This document shows, piece after piece, positions 40,736-50,675 of a stretch of DNA of 64,000 nt (positions within the stretch are counted from its first letter, which is position 1; each line of letters begins with the position of its first letter). The stretch comes from an uncultured Desulfatitalea sp. Its GTDB lineage: Bacteria > Desulfobacterota > Desulfobacteria > Desulfobacterales > Desulfosarcinaceae. The position numbers and the translations under genes were made by a program. The stretch covers positions 1,856,001 through 1,920,000 of the forward strand of contig CAXXMB010000002.1 in assembly GCA_963668675.2 (NCBI GenBank), given 5' to 3'. The notes under the pieces are model-generated. The model had not been told where the DNA came from, searched no databases, and saw nothing but the letters and a program-made list of their open reading frames with translations.

Positions 40736-41403
40736 GCAACCCAACACGCGATCGCATTTTGAGAAGGCTTTACAAGGCGCAAAGCAGCGCGCCGCCATTC
40801 AACGAGCCCGAACGCCCCCCGCTGCCCGCAGAGCAGATGGCCGGCGAGTTTCTCGTCGACAGCTTCAAGGCATTGATCGAGGCGCAAGGCGGTTGCTTCG
40901 AACGTGCATCGGGCAACGATGGGGTATTGAAGGTATTGGCCGACGTTTTCAATCGCAAGGGAATTTCGCGGGCGATGGCGTCCACGGATCGCGTCATTTC
41001 AGAATTGGATCTGCCGAAGTGGGCCAAGCAAAAGGGCTTTACCATAACCACGCAGAAAAATTATGAGGACCGCTCCGCCTTCAAGCGTGCCGTGTTTACC
41101 GAGGTGGACGCCGGCATCACCGGCGCTGCCTTCGGTTTCGCCGAATCGGGGACCCTCTGCCTGACGGCAAGCGGGGATATGCCGCGGCTTACATCACTGG
41201 CCCCCATTATTCACATTGCCGTTTTGCCTTCAAACCGGCTGATCTCCTCTTATGAACGGATGGCAGAAACCGTCTTTGGGGAAACGCCGCCGTCGCAACT
41301 GATATTGATCACAGGGCCGAGCATGACCGGGGACATTCAAGCCACGCCATTTAAAGGGATGCACGGGCCGAAGGAACTCATTGTCATCCTGAGAGACGAC
41401 TGA
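40732..41403 (+). CDS. lutC: LutC/LldG (LUD domain) subunit
   Basis: AESGT, SLAP, ITGPSMTGDI..GMHGP. Confidence 0.88.
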   Translation: MSNPTRDRILRRLYKAQSSAPPFNEPERPPLPAEQMAGEFLVDSFKALIEAQGGCFERASGNDGVLKVLADVFNRKGISRAMASTDRVISELDLPKWAKQKGFTITTQKNYEDRSAFKRAVFTEVDAGITGAAFGFAESGTLCLTASGDMPRLTSLAPIIHIAVLPSNRLISSYERMAETVFGETPPSQLILITGPSMTGDIQATPFKGMHGPKELIVILRDD

Positions 41404-41568
41404 ACACAGTTTTGCTTGTTGAGCAAACCGCAAAGGAAATCAATCGCTTGGCCATTTTTGTCATCTGTGGTTACAATTTTCAGCACATCCGCCTCTACCA
41501 CCCCTTAGGATCTCTGGAGCATGAACTCCGACAGTTGAGCTGTTGAATCGGCAATTAAGTACTCAAAG

Positions 41569-41635
41569 GCGTCATGCCGGACTTGATCCGCCATCCAGCT
41601 TCAAGCGCCTGAAGTCCGGCTTTCGCCGGAATGAC
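41569..41635. repeat. Palindromic intergenic repeat, copy 2
   Basis: GCGTCATGCCGGACTTGATCCGCCATCCA..TCCGGCTTTCGCCGGAATGAC. Confidence 0.8.
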
Positions 41636-41903
41636 CACAGCTGAGGTATTTTGTTTCCGGATCAATTACAGATTACAACATGCTGAATTGAAGTGGTCAT
41701 TGACACATATGCACCTTTTTGACATGTTTGCCCGGATAAAAAATAAATCACGCTATTTCACTAAGCGATAGAGGCGGCACATTCATCCGATTGAATTATG
41801 TGTGACACCAAAGCGGTCTTTCAACATCCCTCTCCGGTCTTGAAACGAACGCTTGATCGGTAAACGAAAATCATTGTGCATCGACAAACAGGAGGAAGCC
41901 GGC

Positions 41904-43064
41904 ATGAAATTGAATACGTGGATAAGTCTCACCCTGGGGTTGCTTCTGATCATTATGGCTGGACCGGTTTTGGCAAAGGACAAGGTGCAGGTGGCCTTCA
42001 TCGGCCCTCTTACCGGGGGTGTTTCCGCCATTGGTGTAGGGGGAAGGAATTCGGCTGACCTCGCGGTAAAGCTGAGAAACGCGGATCCCAAAGCCAAATA
42101 CCACTACGAGTTGATGGTCCTTGATGATGAGTGCAAATCGAACTCAGGCGTGCAGGTGGCCACCAAGGCGGCCGCAAATAAAAGGATCATTGCAGCGGCG
42201 GCCCATTATTGTTCCGTGGTGGCATTGGCATCCGCAGATGTCTACCACAAGTTCGGCCTGCCCATTGTGGTTTGGGGAGCGGTTCATCCTGATATCACTT
42301 ACGGAAATAACTACAAAGAGGTCCATCGAATCAACGGCACCATGATCAACCAGAATGAAATTGCCGCCAAATTCATCACTGACCTGGGATACAAGACGTG
42401 GGTGAATCTCTACGACACAACCGATTACGGCAAGGGTATGAACGAATACTTCTCAAAATACCTCACCGCGAACGGCGGAAAAATCCTCGGCAGTTTCGGC
42501 GTTACCTCCGATCAACAGGACTTTACGGCTGAACTTACCCAGGCCAAGAAACTCAATCCGGACATTATCTGGTTCGGCGGCCTGACGCCATTGGGCGTAA
42601 GGATCCGACTGCAGATGGAGAAACTGGGCCTCACAAGCCAGTTTCAGAGTTGCTCAGGAATCATTTCCGATGCCTTTATCACCGGAACGGGTGAACTTGC
42701 GGAAGGGACCATCGCCTTCAGGGAAGGGGAGCCCGTTGAGAATCTACCCGGAGGCAAGTGGTTTCTGGAAGAATACAACAAGGAGGGGTACAAGGAAGCA
42801 CCGGATGCATTCGGCCCATTTTCCTTTGCTGCCATGAACCTGATTCTGGATGTCATTGAAGAGGTCGGCCCCAGCCGAAAGGCGGTGGTAAAGCGAATGG
42901 AAAACATCAAGGGGTATGAATCCATTGTCGGCTCCGTCACCTTTGACGAACATGGTCAGAACACCTCGCCGGCCATTACCAAGTATATTGTGCAAGACGG
43001 CAAGTGGGTGCCGTGGCAAAATTCCGAATACGCTTCCGGCAAGCGCGAACTGAAAAGACGCTAA
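41904..43064 (+). CDS. Branched-chain amino acid-type ABC substrate-binding protein (LivK-like)
   Basis: Signal peptide; IGPLTG, LDDEC, TDYGKG, GSVTFDEHG. Confidence 0.9.
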   Translation: MKLNTWISLTLGLLLIIMAGPVLAKDKVQVAFIGPLTGGVSAIGVGGRNSADLAVKLRNADPKAKYHYELMVLDDECKSNSGVQVATKAAANKRIIAAAAHYCSVVALASADVYHKFGLPIVVWGAVHPDITYGNNYKEVHRINGTMINQNEIAAKFITDLGYKTWVNLYDTTDYGKGMNEYFSKYLTANGGKILGSFGVTSDQQDFTAELTQAKKLNPDIIWFGGLTPLGVRIRLQMEKLGLTSQFQSCSGIISDAFITGTGELAEGTIAFREGEPVENLPGGKWFLEEYNKEGYKEAPDAFGPFSFAAMNLILDVIEEVGPSRKAVVKRMENIKGYESIVGSVTFDEHGQNTSPAITKYIVQDGKWVPWQNSEYASGKRELKRR

Positions 43065-43069
43065 GCGAA

Positions 43070-43102
43070 AAGGTGGAGCGGCCATAAGGGCCGCTTCACC
43101 TT
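43070..43102 (+). terminator. Intercistronic hairpin after the binding-protein gene
   Basis: AAGGTGGAGCGGCC-ATAAG-GGCCGCTTCACCTT. Confidence 0.6.
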
Positions 43103-43240
43103 CCAGTCCCCCGTTTGCGACATTGAGATCATGTTAGCCACCGGCAGTTCATCTGTTTGCCCAAAAGCATGGGCTGCTAACCGACGACTCCGCAACGCAA
43201 CCATTTCGCGGTATTCCGACTGACACATGGACAAATCCCG

Positions 43241-44161
43241 ATGGACATTGGACTGATAGCACAGCATACGGTTAACGGACTTATGCTGGGGTTGATCTAT
43301 TCCCTGGTAGCTGTTGGGTTCACCCTCTTTTTCGGTGTGCTGGACGTCATCAAGTTTTCCCACGGCGATATGCTGACCTGGGGCGTTTTCACGGCGTTTT
43401 CCGTCTACCTCGGCCTGGACCTGATAGGCCTGACCTCCCCATATATCATCCTGGTGATCGTCGCCATAGTTGCAATGGTGACCATCGGCGTATTGGGAGC
43501 GGTCATTGCCAAGGTGTTGATCATTCCTTTGAAAGGTGCGCCGCCGCTCAACACCCTGTTGATCACCCTGATGTTGGGGACCGTGCTGAGGGAGTCTATA
43601 CGCCTGTTCTATCCGGATGGGGCAAACCCCAAACACTTCCCGGCGCTTTTGCCCGACTGGAGCCACTCCTGGGGCCATTTTACAATGCGTTTTGACAATG
43701 CAGCCATGCTCATTAGCGGCATTTTGATGATTATCCTGGTACAGATTATCATCAAGCACACCAAGCTGGGGATGGCCATTCGCGCGGTGAGTCAGGACGA
43801 GGAAACGGCCCGAATCATGGGAATCAACTTCAATATGGTGGTGTATGTCACCTTTGCCATCGGCTCCGGCCTTGCGGCTTTCGCCGGTGTTATCTATGTG
43901 TTGTATTACAATGAATTGAGCTTCAATATGGGGCTGCTCCTGGGGGCCATCGGTTTCAGCGCTGCTGCAGTCGGCGGTTTCGGAAATATATACGGTGCGA
44001 TTGTCGGGGGATTTCTCTTCGCAATGCTGCAGTCCATTGGGGCCGCGGCATTGCCATTTGCCAGTGCATACAAGGATGTCTTTGCCTTCGGCATGGTCAT
44101 CGTCCTGATTGCCATCAAACCGACCGGCATTCTGGGTGAAAAAGAAACGGAAAGAGTTTAA
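43241..44161 (+). CDS. livH: LivH-type permease
   Basis: GLIYSLVAVGFTL, GMAIRAVSQD, PTGILG. Confidence 0.88.
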   Translation: MDIGLIAQHTVNGLMLGLIYSLVAVGFTLFFGVLDVIKFSHGDMLTWGVFTAFSVYLGLDLIGLTSPYIILVIVAIVAMVTIGVLGAVIAKVLIIPLKGAPPLNTLLITLMLGTVLRESIRLFYPDGANPKHFPALLPDWSHSWGHFTMRFDNAAMLISGILMIILVQIIIKHTKLGMAIRAVSQDEETARIMGINFNMVVYVTFAIGSGLAAFAGVIYVLYYNELSFNMGLLLGAIGFSAAAVGGFGNIYGAIVGGFLFAMLQSIGAAALPFASAYKDVFAFGMVIVLIAIKPTGILGEKETERV

Positions 44162-44165
44162 ATAG

Positions 44166-45335
44166 ATGTCTGAGCCATCAGGAAAACAGTCTTCTCTCCT
44201 CCCCTCTCTTTTTGCTGTTCTGGCGGGAGCTGTGTACATGGTATTTTTCCTGGCGGGCGAATCCCAGATGGTGGTCTTCGGGCTTCTTCTGGGGGCGGGC
44301 CTCGTGATAACGGCGTTCAAGTATCTGGGGTTTCTGCATGCCGTCGGAGAGAGCGCAAGGGACAACCAACGCACTTTCTCGATAGCCGTGGTTGCCGGGG
44401 TAGCAGCGGTGAGCCTCTATTTTTACGATGATGCGTTCGTGCTTTTCCTCGTGGGTACCGTCCTGGTCTATGTCCTTACGTGTCTGGGCCTGAACATACA
44501 ATTCGGGTTTGTGGGCGTAATGAACTTCGCAGGGGCCTCTTTTTTCGGGGTCGGGTGTTATACCGCTGCCGTTTTGACCAAAAACACGGCCGTGCCCCAC
44601 CTGGTGGTTCTCGTGCTGGGCGGGGTGATGGCCGCTCTGCTTGGCTTCGTTATCTTGATACCGGTTCTCAAAACCAGAGGGCATTACGCAGCGCTGGTGA
44701 CCATTGCCTTTGCCCTGCTGTTCAAGACGTTTCTGGAGGTGAACGATACGCTTGGAGGCCCCCAGGGGTTGAAGTGTGCCGGGCTGAACCTGTTCGGATG
44801 GGATTTCAACCAGGATATTGTGATCGGCTCCTTTGAGGGGTCCTTCTACCTGGGGTATATCGCCTTGATCCTGCTACTGACCATTTTGGGATTTATAATG
44901 GCGCGCCGAATGGAGGACTCCTGGGTCGGGCTCAACATGGACGCCGTGCGCCTGGATGAAACGGTGAGCGCCTGTTTCGGACAATCCATTCCACGTTGGA
45001 AAATTACGGCCTTTACCATTGGTAACTTCTATTGCGGGGTGGCGGGAGCCTTTTACGCCACGATGCTCGGGTACATTGCGCCGACCAACTTCACCTTCGG
45101 AGACTCGTTGATCCTTTTGTCCATCGTTATACTGGGCGGGCTGGGCTCCATGTGGGGGACGATTGTCGCAACGGTCATTGTCATCATCATTCCGGAAAAG
45201 TTCCAAGTCCTGCAGGAGTATCGCTTTCTATTGTTTTCCGCCCTGGTGATTGCCATCCTGCTGTTCCGGCCCCAAGGTCTGCTGCCGCGTCCCATGCGCA
45301 GCTACATTACGCTGAAATCACCTCTCGGCAAATAG
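44166..45335 (+). CDS. livM: LivM-type permease
   Basis: LGLNIQFG, RGHYAALVT, RPQGL. Confidence 0.88.
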   Translation: MSEPSGKQSSLLPSLFAVLAGAVYMVFFLAGESQMVVFGLLLGAGLVITAFKYLGFLHAVGESARDNQRTFSIAVVAGVAAVSLYFYDDAFVLFLVGTVLVYVLTCLGLNIQFGFVGVMNFAGASFFGVGCYTAAVLTKNTAVPHLVVLVLGGVMAALLGFVILIPVLKTRGHYAALVTIAFALLFKTFLEVNDTLGGPQGLKCAGLNLFGWDFNQDIVIGSFEGSFYLGYIALILLLTILGFIMARRMEDSWVGLNMDAVRLDETVSACFGQSIPRWKITAFTIGNFYCGVAGAFYATMLGYIAPTNFTFGDSLILLSIVILGGLGSMWGTIVATVIVIIIPEKFQVLQEYRFLLFSALVIAILLFRPQGLLPRPMRSYITLKSPLGK

Positions 45336-45353
45336 TTGAAAAAAGGATTCACA

Positions 45354-46130
45354 TTGCAGAAGCCATTGCTGAGTATCTCCAACCTCGGAAAAAAATTCGG
45401 CGGCGTTCAGGCCCTGGATGACCTGAACCTGGATGTGAAGCGGAATCGCATCCTCGGCCTTATCGGGCCCAACGGCTCCGGGAAGACCACTTTTTTCAAT
45501 GTGGTCACCGGCATCTATCCGACGACGTCCGGCAAGGTGCTCTTCGAGGGAGGGGACATCACCAACTTTTCTCCCCAGAAAGTATACCGGGCAGGGGTGG
45601 CGCGCACGTTTCAGAGATCCCGCCTGCTACTGCCTTTGAGCATCATGGATAACATTACCCTGGGAGATCACAGCCAGCTTGAAAACGGCCTCTTTTTCAA
45701 CCTTTTCAGAAGGCGGGCGCTCGCAGTCCAGTACAGAGAAATTCTGGACAAATCGCGAGATCTCATCACCATTTTCGACCCCGATCTGGCGGATCGGATC
45801 TTCGAGCCCGTCGTCAATCTGCCCATGATTTCCCGCCGTCGTATCGAGATCTGCAGGGCCCTGATCTCCAATCCCAAGCTGCTGCTCTTGGATGAGCCGT
45901 CGGCGGGCATGACCCATGAGGAAACCTTCCGCTTGATCGATGATATCCTTCAAATCAAAGAGAGAATAGAGGACCTGACCATCATCATCATTGAACACGA
46001 GATGTCTGTTATGGAACGCATTACCGACCATTGCGCAGTGCTCAATTTCGGCCGGAAAATTTGTGAGGGCACCTACAAGCAAATTGCTTCCGATGCAGAG
46101 GTCCAACAGGCCTATCTGGGGGTGGACTGA
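45354..46130 (+). CDS. livG: LivG-type ATPase
   Basis: GPNGSGKT, DEPSAG, IEH, AYLG. TTG start is uncertain (45336 or 45354). Confidence 0.88.
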   Translation: MQKPLLSISNLGKKFGGVQALDDLNLDVKRNRILGLIGPNGSGKTTFFNVVTGIYPTTSGKVLFEGGDITNFSPQKVYRAGVARTFQRSRLLLPLSIMDNITLGDHSQLENGLFFNLFRRRALAVQYREILDKSRDLITIFDPDLADRIFEPVVNLPMISRRRIEICRALISNPKLLLLDEPSAGMTHEETFRLIDDILQIKERIEDLTIIIIEHEMSVMERITDHCAVLNFGRKICEGTYKQIASDAEVQQAYLGVD

Positions 46131-46849
46131 TGAAAAAAAGTGCCGCATTGTTGAGTGTGCAGGGGATCTCTACCGCCTATGACCGGGCCGATGTGCTTGA
46201 AAATCTCTCCCTCGAAGTTGAAGAGGGTACGATCACCTGCCTTCTGGGGAACAACGGTTCGGGAAAGACCACGGTCATCCGTTCCATATTAGGGTTGACC
46301 CCTCCCCGGACCGGGCGTATTATTTTCAACGGCGCTGATATCACCAACCTGCCCACCCACAAGATTATCCGTCAGGGTCTTGCCTCAATCCCCGAAGGAC
46401 GCAAGGTCTTCGCTGGTCTTACCGTGGAAGAAAATCTTAGACTGGGGGGATATCAGGAAGATGACAAAGACATATTACTGGCGCGCATGAGAAAAGTCTA
46501 TCAGATTTTTCCCCGTCTCGAGGAGCGTTCAACCCAGCCGGCCGGGACTATGTCGGGGGGTGAACAAGCCATGGTATCCATCGGCCGCGGTCTGATGGGC
46601 GCGCCGAAGCTGTTGATTATCGACGAGCCGTCCCTGGGCCTCTCACCGTTATTGGTGAAGGAGAACTTCCGCATCATTCAGGACATCAGGAAGCAGAACA
46701 TCACGGTTTTTCTGGTAGAGCAGAACGTGCGGCAGACGTTAGCCATTTCGGATTACGGCTACGTGATTTCCAAAGGCAACGTCGTGGCCCATGGAGATGC
46801 CAAATCCCTTCGTGAAGATAGAGAGGTCCAGAAAGCGTATTTCGGATAA
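46130..46849 (+). CDS. livF: LivF-type ATPase
   Basis: GNNGSGKT, MSGGEQ, DEPSLGL, VEQN. Confidence 0.9.
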   Translation: MKKSAALLSVQGISTAYDRADVLENLSLEVEEGTITCLLGNNGSGKTTVIRSILGLTPPRTGRIIFNGADITNLPTHKIIRQGLASIPEGRKVFAGLTVEENLRLGGYQEDDKDILLARMRKVYQIFPRLEERSTQPAGTMSGGEQAMVSIGRGLMGAPKLLIIDEPSLGLSPLLVKENFRIIQDIRKQNITVFLVEQNVRQTLAISDYGYVISKGNVVAHGDAKSLREDREVQKAYFG

Positions 46850-46947
46850 AACCATTGAACCTGTCCATGGCCCTTGTTTGCCATGGTTCAACCGCAAGAC
46901 AATACCGCCGACCCGTGACGGTCAAACGCCCGTTGAGGTGCCAGAGC

Positions 46948-48078
46948 ATGATACGTATACCCGATCCTGTCGAACTGACCCAGACCCTTGTGCGCATGGA
47001 TACGATCAATCCGCCCGGAAATGAAGAGCCCGCGGCGCGTTATCTCGGCCATCTTCTGGAAGAGGCCGGACTGCATGTCTCCTACCCTCGATTGGGTGAA
47101 AACAGGACGGGGCTTGTCGCTGTGATTCCCGGGAGCACGTCGCAATTGCCGCTGGTTTTCACCGGGCATCTGGACACCGTCCCCGTGGGCGATGCCCCAT
47201 GGGAGAGCCCACCTCACAGCGCGGAAATTACCAACGGACGCCTTTGGGGAAGAGGTGCCAGCGACATGAAAAGCGGTATCGCGGCCATGACGGTAACGGC
47301 CCTTCACCTGGCCGGAGAACCAAAAGGGCGGGGCGGGGCTCTTTTTGTCTTCACCGCCGGGGAGGAGACCGGATGCGAAGGCGCTTTGCAGATGCAGGAG
47401 AGCGGAGCGCTGCCCGACGCGGCTGGTGCGGTTGTCGTTGCGGAACCCACCGGTAACATACCCCTTCTGGGACACAAAGGCGCTCTCTGGCTGGAATGCA
47501 CGGCCAGGGGTAAATCCGCACATGGCTCCATGCCGGATCTGGGAGATAATGCTATCTACAAGGCTGCGCGTGCCGCAGCCGGCCTCGAGAACTTCTTCTC
47601 CTCGGCCCCGGCCCATCTTCACTTGGGCAAACCCACAGTGAACGTGGGCACCTTCACCGGCGGCTCCAAGATCAACATGGTACCCGATTCCGCACGCTTC
47701 AGAGTCGACCTGCGCAGCGTACCGGGCATGGAGCATGCGCGTCTTCTCGAAGAGATCAAAAAGCACATGGGACCGGATATCGAGGTGGAACGCCTGGTCG
47801 ACCTGCCCGGCATCCTAACGCCAGCCGCCGATCCCTGGATAATCCAGGTTCTGGATATAATAGAGCGGATTCAAGGGAAAAAGCCAGAGCCGGGATATGT
47901 CAATTACTTCACCGATGCTTCTGTTTTGGCGGCCGCGCTGAACAATCCCCCCACCTTGATCATGGGGCCGGGTGAACCTTCCCAGGCGCACCAGACAAAT
48001 GAATACTGCGATATTGAAAAAATCGTCCGGGCAGTGACGTTTTATCGGTCGATCGCGGAAAACTGGTTTGCACACTGA
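46948..48078 (+). CDS. M20 metallohydrolase (ArgE/DapE-like)
   Basis: GHLDTV, GRGASDMK, GEE, AEPT, AHQTNE. Confidence 0.9.
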   Translation: MIRIPDPVELTQTLVRMDTINPPGNEEPAARYLGHLLEEAGLHVSYPRLGENRTGLVAVIPGSTSQLPLVFTGHLDTVPVGDAPWESPPHSAEITNGRLWGRGASDMKSGIAAMTVTALHLAGEPKGRGGALFVFTAGEETGCEGALQMQESGALPDAAGAVVVAEPTGNIPLLGHKGALWLECTARGKSAHGSMPDLGDNAIYKAARAAAGLENFFSSAPAHLHLGKPTVNVGTFTGGSKINMVPDSARFRVDLRSVPGMEHARLLEEIKKHMGPDIEVERLVDLPGILTPAADPWIIQVLDIIERIQGKKPEPGYVNYFTDASVLAAALNNPPTLIMGPGEPSQAHQTNEYCDIEKIVRAVTFYRSIAENWFAH

Positions 48079-48095
48079 AATGGGTATTAATTTCT

Positions 48096-48255
48096 AAGGG
48101 ACAAGGATCAGATGCTGACCACGATCGACGAAGTGCTCTCTACAAGAGAGAGCGCACGCCTGGGTAATGAACAGGTGCGGGGATTGTAACGCCGTGCTGC
48201 TTTGCACTCGCGAAAAGAAATAGGCAATAGGAGTATTGTAACCCGATTCTCTATG
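48096..48255 (+). repeat. Diverged copy of the radical SAM gene 3' end and its downstream region (51461-51620)
   Basis: Ungapped 160 bp alignment with 18 mismatches, counted by eye. Confidence 0.92.
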
Positions 48256-48446
48256 GAAGATTAAGTCGCGTCTGTTTTCGTTATCAAACCTTGATACAGC
48301 TACCGAAGCCCCCCTTTTTCAAAGGGGGCGGGAGAGATTTGGCGGGTGCTCAAAACGCTGACAACTCCGAATTGATTTGAATTCTTGTCTGCCTAAATCA
48401 TAATGATCCCGATAAATATCCCGAACGACACTTCAGAGGGGTGCTG

Positions 48447-48926
48447 ATGCGAAGAGTGGCATTGTTACTGGTTTTGGTTTCGGTCCTGAGTGCCTGTGCC
48501 GGCGGCGTGCGCCTGAGCCACACCGTGACCTATACCGCCAAGGGAACCCGTTCTGAGGCCCGGCACGGGCATCTGTGGATCGAAGGGCAAGAACTGCCGT
48601 GGGCGTTCCGTCAGGTGGCCTATGACAGGGTGTCCTATACCCTGCATAAGCGCAGCCATCTATGGGGCGATGACGGCTACTGGCCGGATGGGACGGCTTA
48701 CGTGCCCCCATACGCCGAGAGCCCGCTGCCGGCCGAATCACGGTCACGCGGCTACCACCTCGGCATGGAACGCCCTACCGAAACGCCGGTAACATGGCTC
48801 TGGGTGCGCTGGGGTGATGATCGGGCGGCCGTGGTGGCTCCGGGGAGGATCGACAGGTTGATCCGGGAGCAGCAAATTCCTTCAACCCACAGTGGCGATC
48901 CCGGACGGCGCCGCCTGAAACCTTAG
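48447..48926 (+). CDS. Hypothetical lipoprotein
   Basis: Signal peptide with an LSAC lipobox. Confidence 0.7.
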   Translation: MRRVALLLVLVSVLSACAGGVRLSHTVTYTAKGTRSEARHGHLWIEGQELPWAFRQVAYDRVSYTLHKRSHLWGDDGYWPDGTAYVPPYAESPLPAESRSRGYHLGMERPTETPVTWLWVRWGDDRAAVVAPGRIDRLIREQQIPSTHSGDPGRRRLKP

Positions 48927-48931
48927 ATGAA

Positions 48932-50308
48932 TCAGCCGCCGGCGTCGCCCTGCAACCTGGCGAGGATCTCGGTCCGACGGGGATCGGCCTGCCAAGACGC
49001 CCAGCCGAGACGGGTGAAGTAGGTTTGAAAATTGCGATCCAGGTCCATGAGAGGACTGCGATCCACCGCTTTCAACAGGTCGGTGACTTCCCGGACCTGT
49101 TCCTGGATATAGGATCGTTTCTCCAGGTAGTAGCCTTCGAGTGCCTCCAGAGCCCTCTTTTTGCGAAACTGGTCGTTGAGGATGCCGGCATCCTTCTGGC
49201 TCTCTTCATACCAGCCGAGAACCCCCCGGGGCATGTCGGCCAGCGAAGTAACCGTGCTGTAACCCGCAATCCCGGAAACGACGTCCGTGGGAATCGAGTT
49301 GGACCAGCTGATATAGTTTTTGAGAATGGATTTGAACACATTGGCCGAGAGCAGATGGCGCAGATCGTTGAGTTGGTCCTGCACCTGGGCCAGGGCTTCG
49401 ATGACAATGGTGTAGGCCTCGTTCCACTTTCCCAGCATGAATTGCAGCCGTTGGCGTCGAATCACGGCGTCGTCGGAGGGCAGCCCGCGGAGAGCGATGC
49501 GGGTGGCCCCCTTGCCGGATCGAGTGCGGCGCCCCAGATCTTCGATTTCGGCCCGGATGGTATCTGCGCGGCGGCGGGCCAACGGGTAACGACCAGCCAG
49601 CAGATCCTCGCCGGTATCCGTCATGTAACGATCCAAGCGCTCAAGGGCGCTGCGCAGCTTGAAGCTCTCCGCCCCCGAAGCGATGATATATCGGGAGCTG
49701 AACCAGCCCTCTGCAGGCAATGGAATCCAATATTCCAGCACTTGTGGTTTCTGATTCGCTGCCGGTTGATCGATCCACTGAAATGTACCAGGCCCGCCGG
49801 CAGAGCCGGTCGTGTATGTTAGTGACTTGGTGCCGGTGCGTGTGGTGGTGACCCTGGCCTTGATCCGCCCGTCCGGTTGCAGACGGCCTTCGATCACCCC
49901 GTGATAGAATATCCGGCCTATCGGTCCGCCGGGAAACTCTCCGCCATAGCCGCCGGGAGGATCGATTCTTACTGTTTCCGATCGCTGCTCTCCTTTAAGC
50001 ACGCCGTTACGAAAGGTGCCCTCCATCTGTGTCGTGGTGACCACCTGCACGTCACCGCGCCCTGCATTCGATTTCCAAATATTGGTGCGCTTCCAGCCGG
50101 CGCTGACCCGCTCACCGTCGAAATGGTAAACCACCGCACCCTGTCGCAGTTCAGCCTTAGGGTTGGCCTGATGAATGGCCGGAAACACTTCCACCGAAAA
50201 TTTCCGCGGCAGCGACAGACCATCCGCCGCGGTACCGCCGGGGTTGAAACAGAACCATATTGACAGGATGAATAGAAAGATCACTTTCTGTTGTGCGCGC
50301 AACGACAT
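48932..50308 (-). CDS. Hypothetical exported protein
   Basis: 458 aa ORF with GGAGG RBS and signal peptide; no recognised domain. Confidence 0.7.
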   Translation of the reverse strand: MSLRAQQKVIFLFILSIWFCFNPGGTAADGLSLPRKFSVEVFPAIHQANPKAELRQGAVVYHFDGERVSAGWKRTNIWKSNAGRGDVQVVTTTQMEGTFRNGVLKGEQRSETVRIDPPGGYGGEFPGGPIGRIFYHGVIEGRLQPDGRIKARVTTTRTGTKSLTYTTGSAGGPGTFQWIDQPAANQKPQVLEYWIPLPAEGWFSSRYIIASGAESFKLRSALERLDRYMTDTGEDLLAGRYPLARRRADTIRAEIEDLGRRTRSGKGATRIALRGLPSDDAVIRRQRLQFMLGKWNEAYTIVIEALAQVQDQLNDLRHLLSANVFKSILKNYISWSNSIPTDVVSGIAGYSTVTSLADMPRGVLGWYEESQKDAGILNDQFRKKRALEALEGYYLEKRSYIQEQVREVTDLLKAVDRSPLMDLDRNFQTYFTRLGWASWQADPRRTEILARLQGDAGG

Positions 50309-50675
50309 CGATTACCTCCAGACAGCAATTTTCCGTCGACCGGAATGGTCCGGCGCGAACCCCTGCATTTTCTGCACAATTACAATATCAAATCAAGTGT
50401 TCGGCAGGAGAAGATCTTCATCACTTTCCTGTTGAATCCAAGAAAGGTTATTTGACCGCTGCATATAAGATCTACCTTGGGATTTATGGGTGATGTGGAC
50501 AGCTTGTGCAGTGATTACGATGCAAAACGCATTAAGAGGCACACTGAGGTTAACGAACTGGATTTTCATTTTCTATACTAATGCTTCCTACACCTGAAAT
50601 CATTTGTGCCGCAAATTTTATTCTGATAACGGTAGTCGCTTACTTTTTCCATAATTCGATGGGGTTTATATCACT

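Noticed and set aside
41761..41900. Lysine or other riboswitch upstream of the liv operon
   Set aside because: AGAGGCG and two weak hairpins are present, but I could not find the other conserved elements. An Rfam scan would settle it.
48309..48328. CCCCCCTTTTTCAAAGGGGG hairpin as a distinct element
   Set aside because: Single copy in the window; it cannot be distinguished from a terminator or a repeat remnant.
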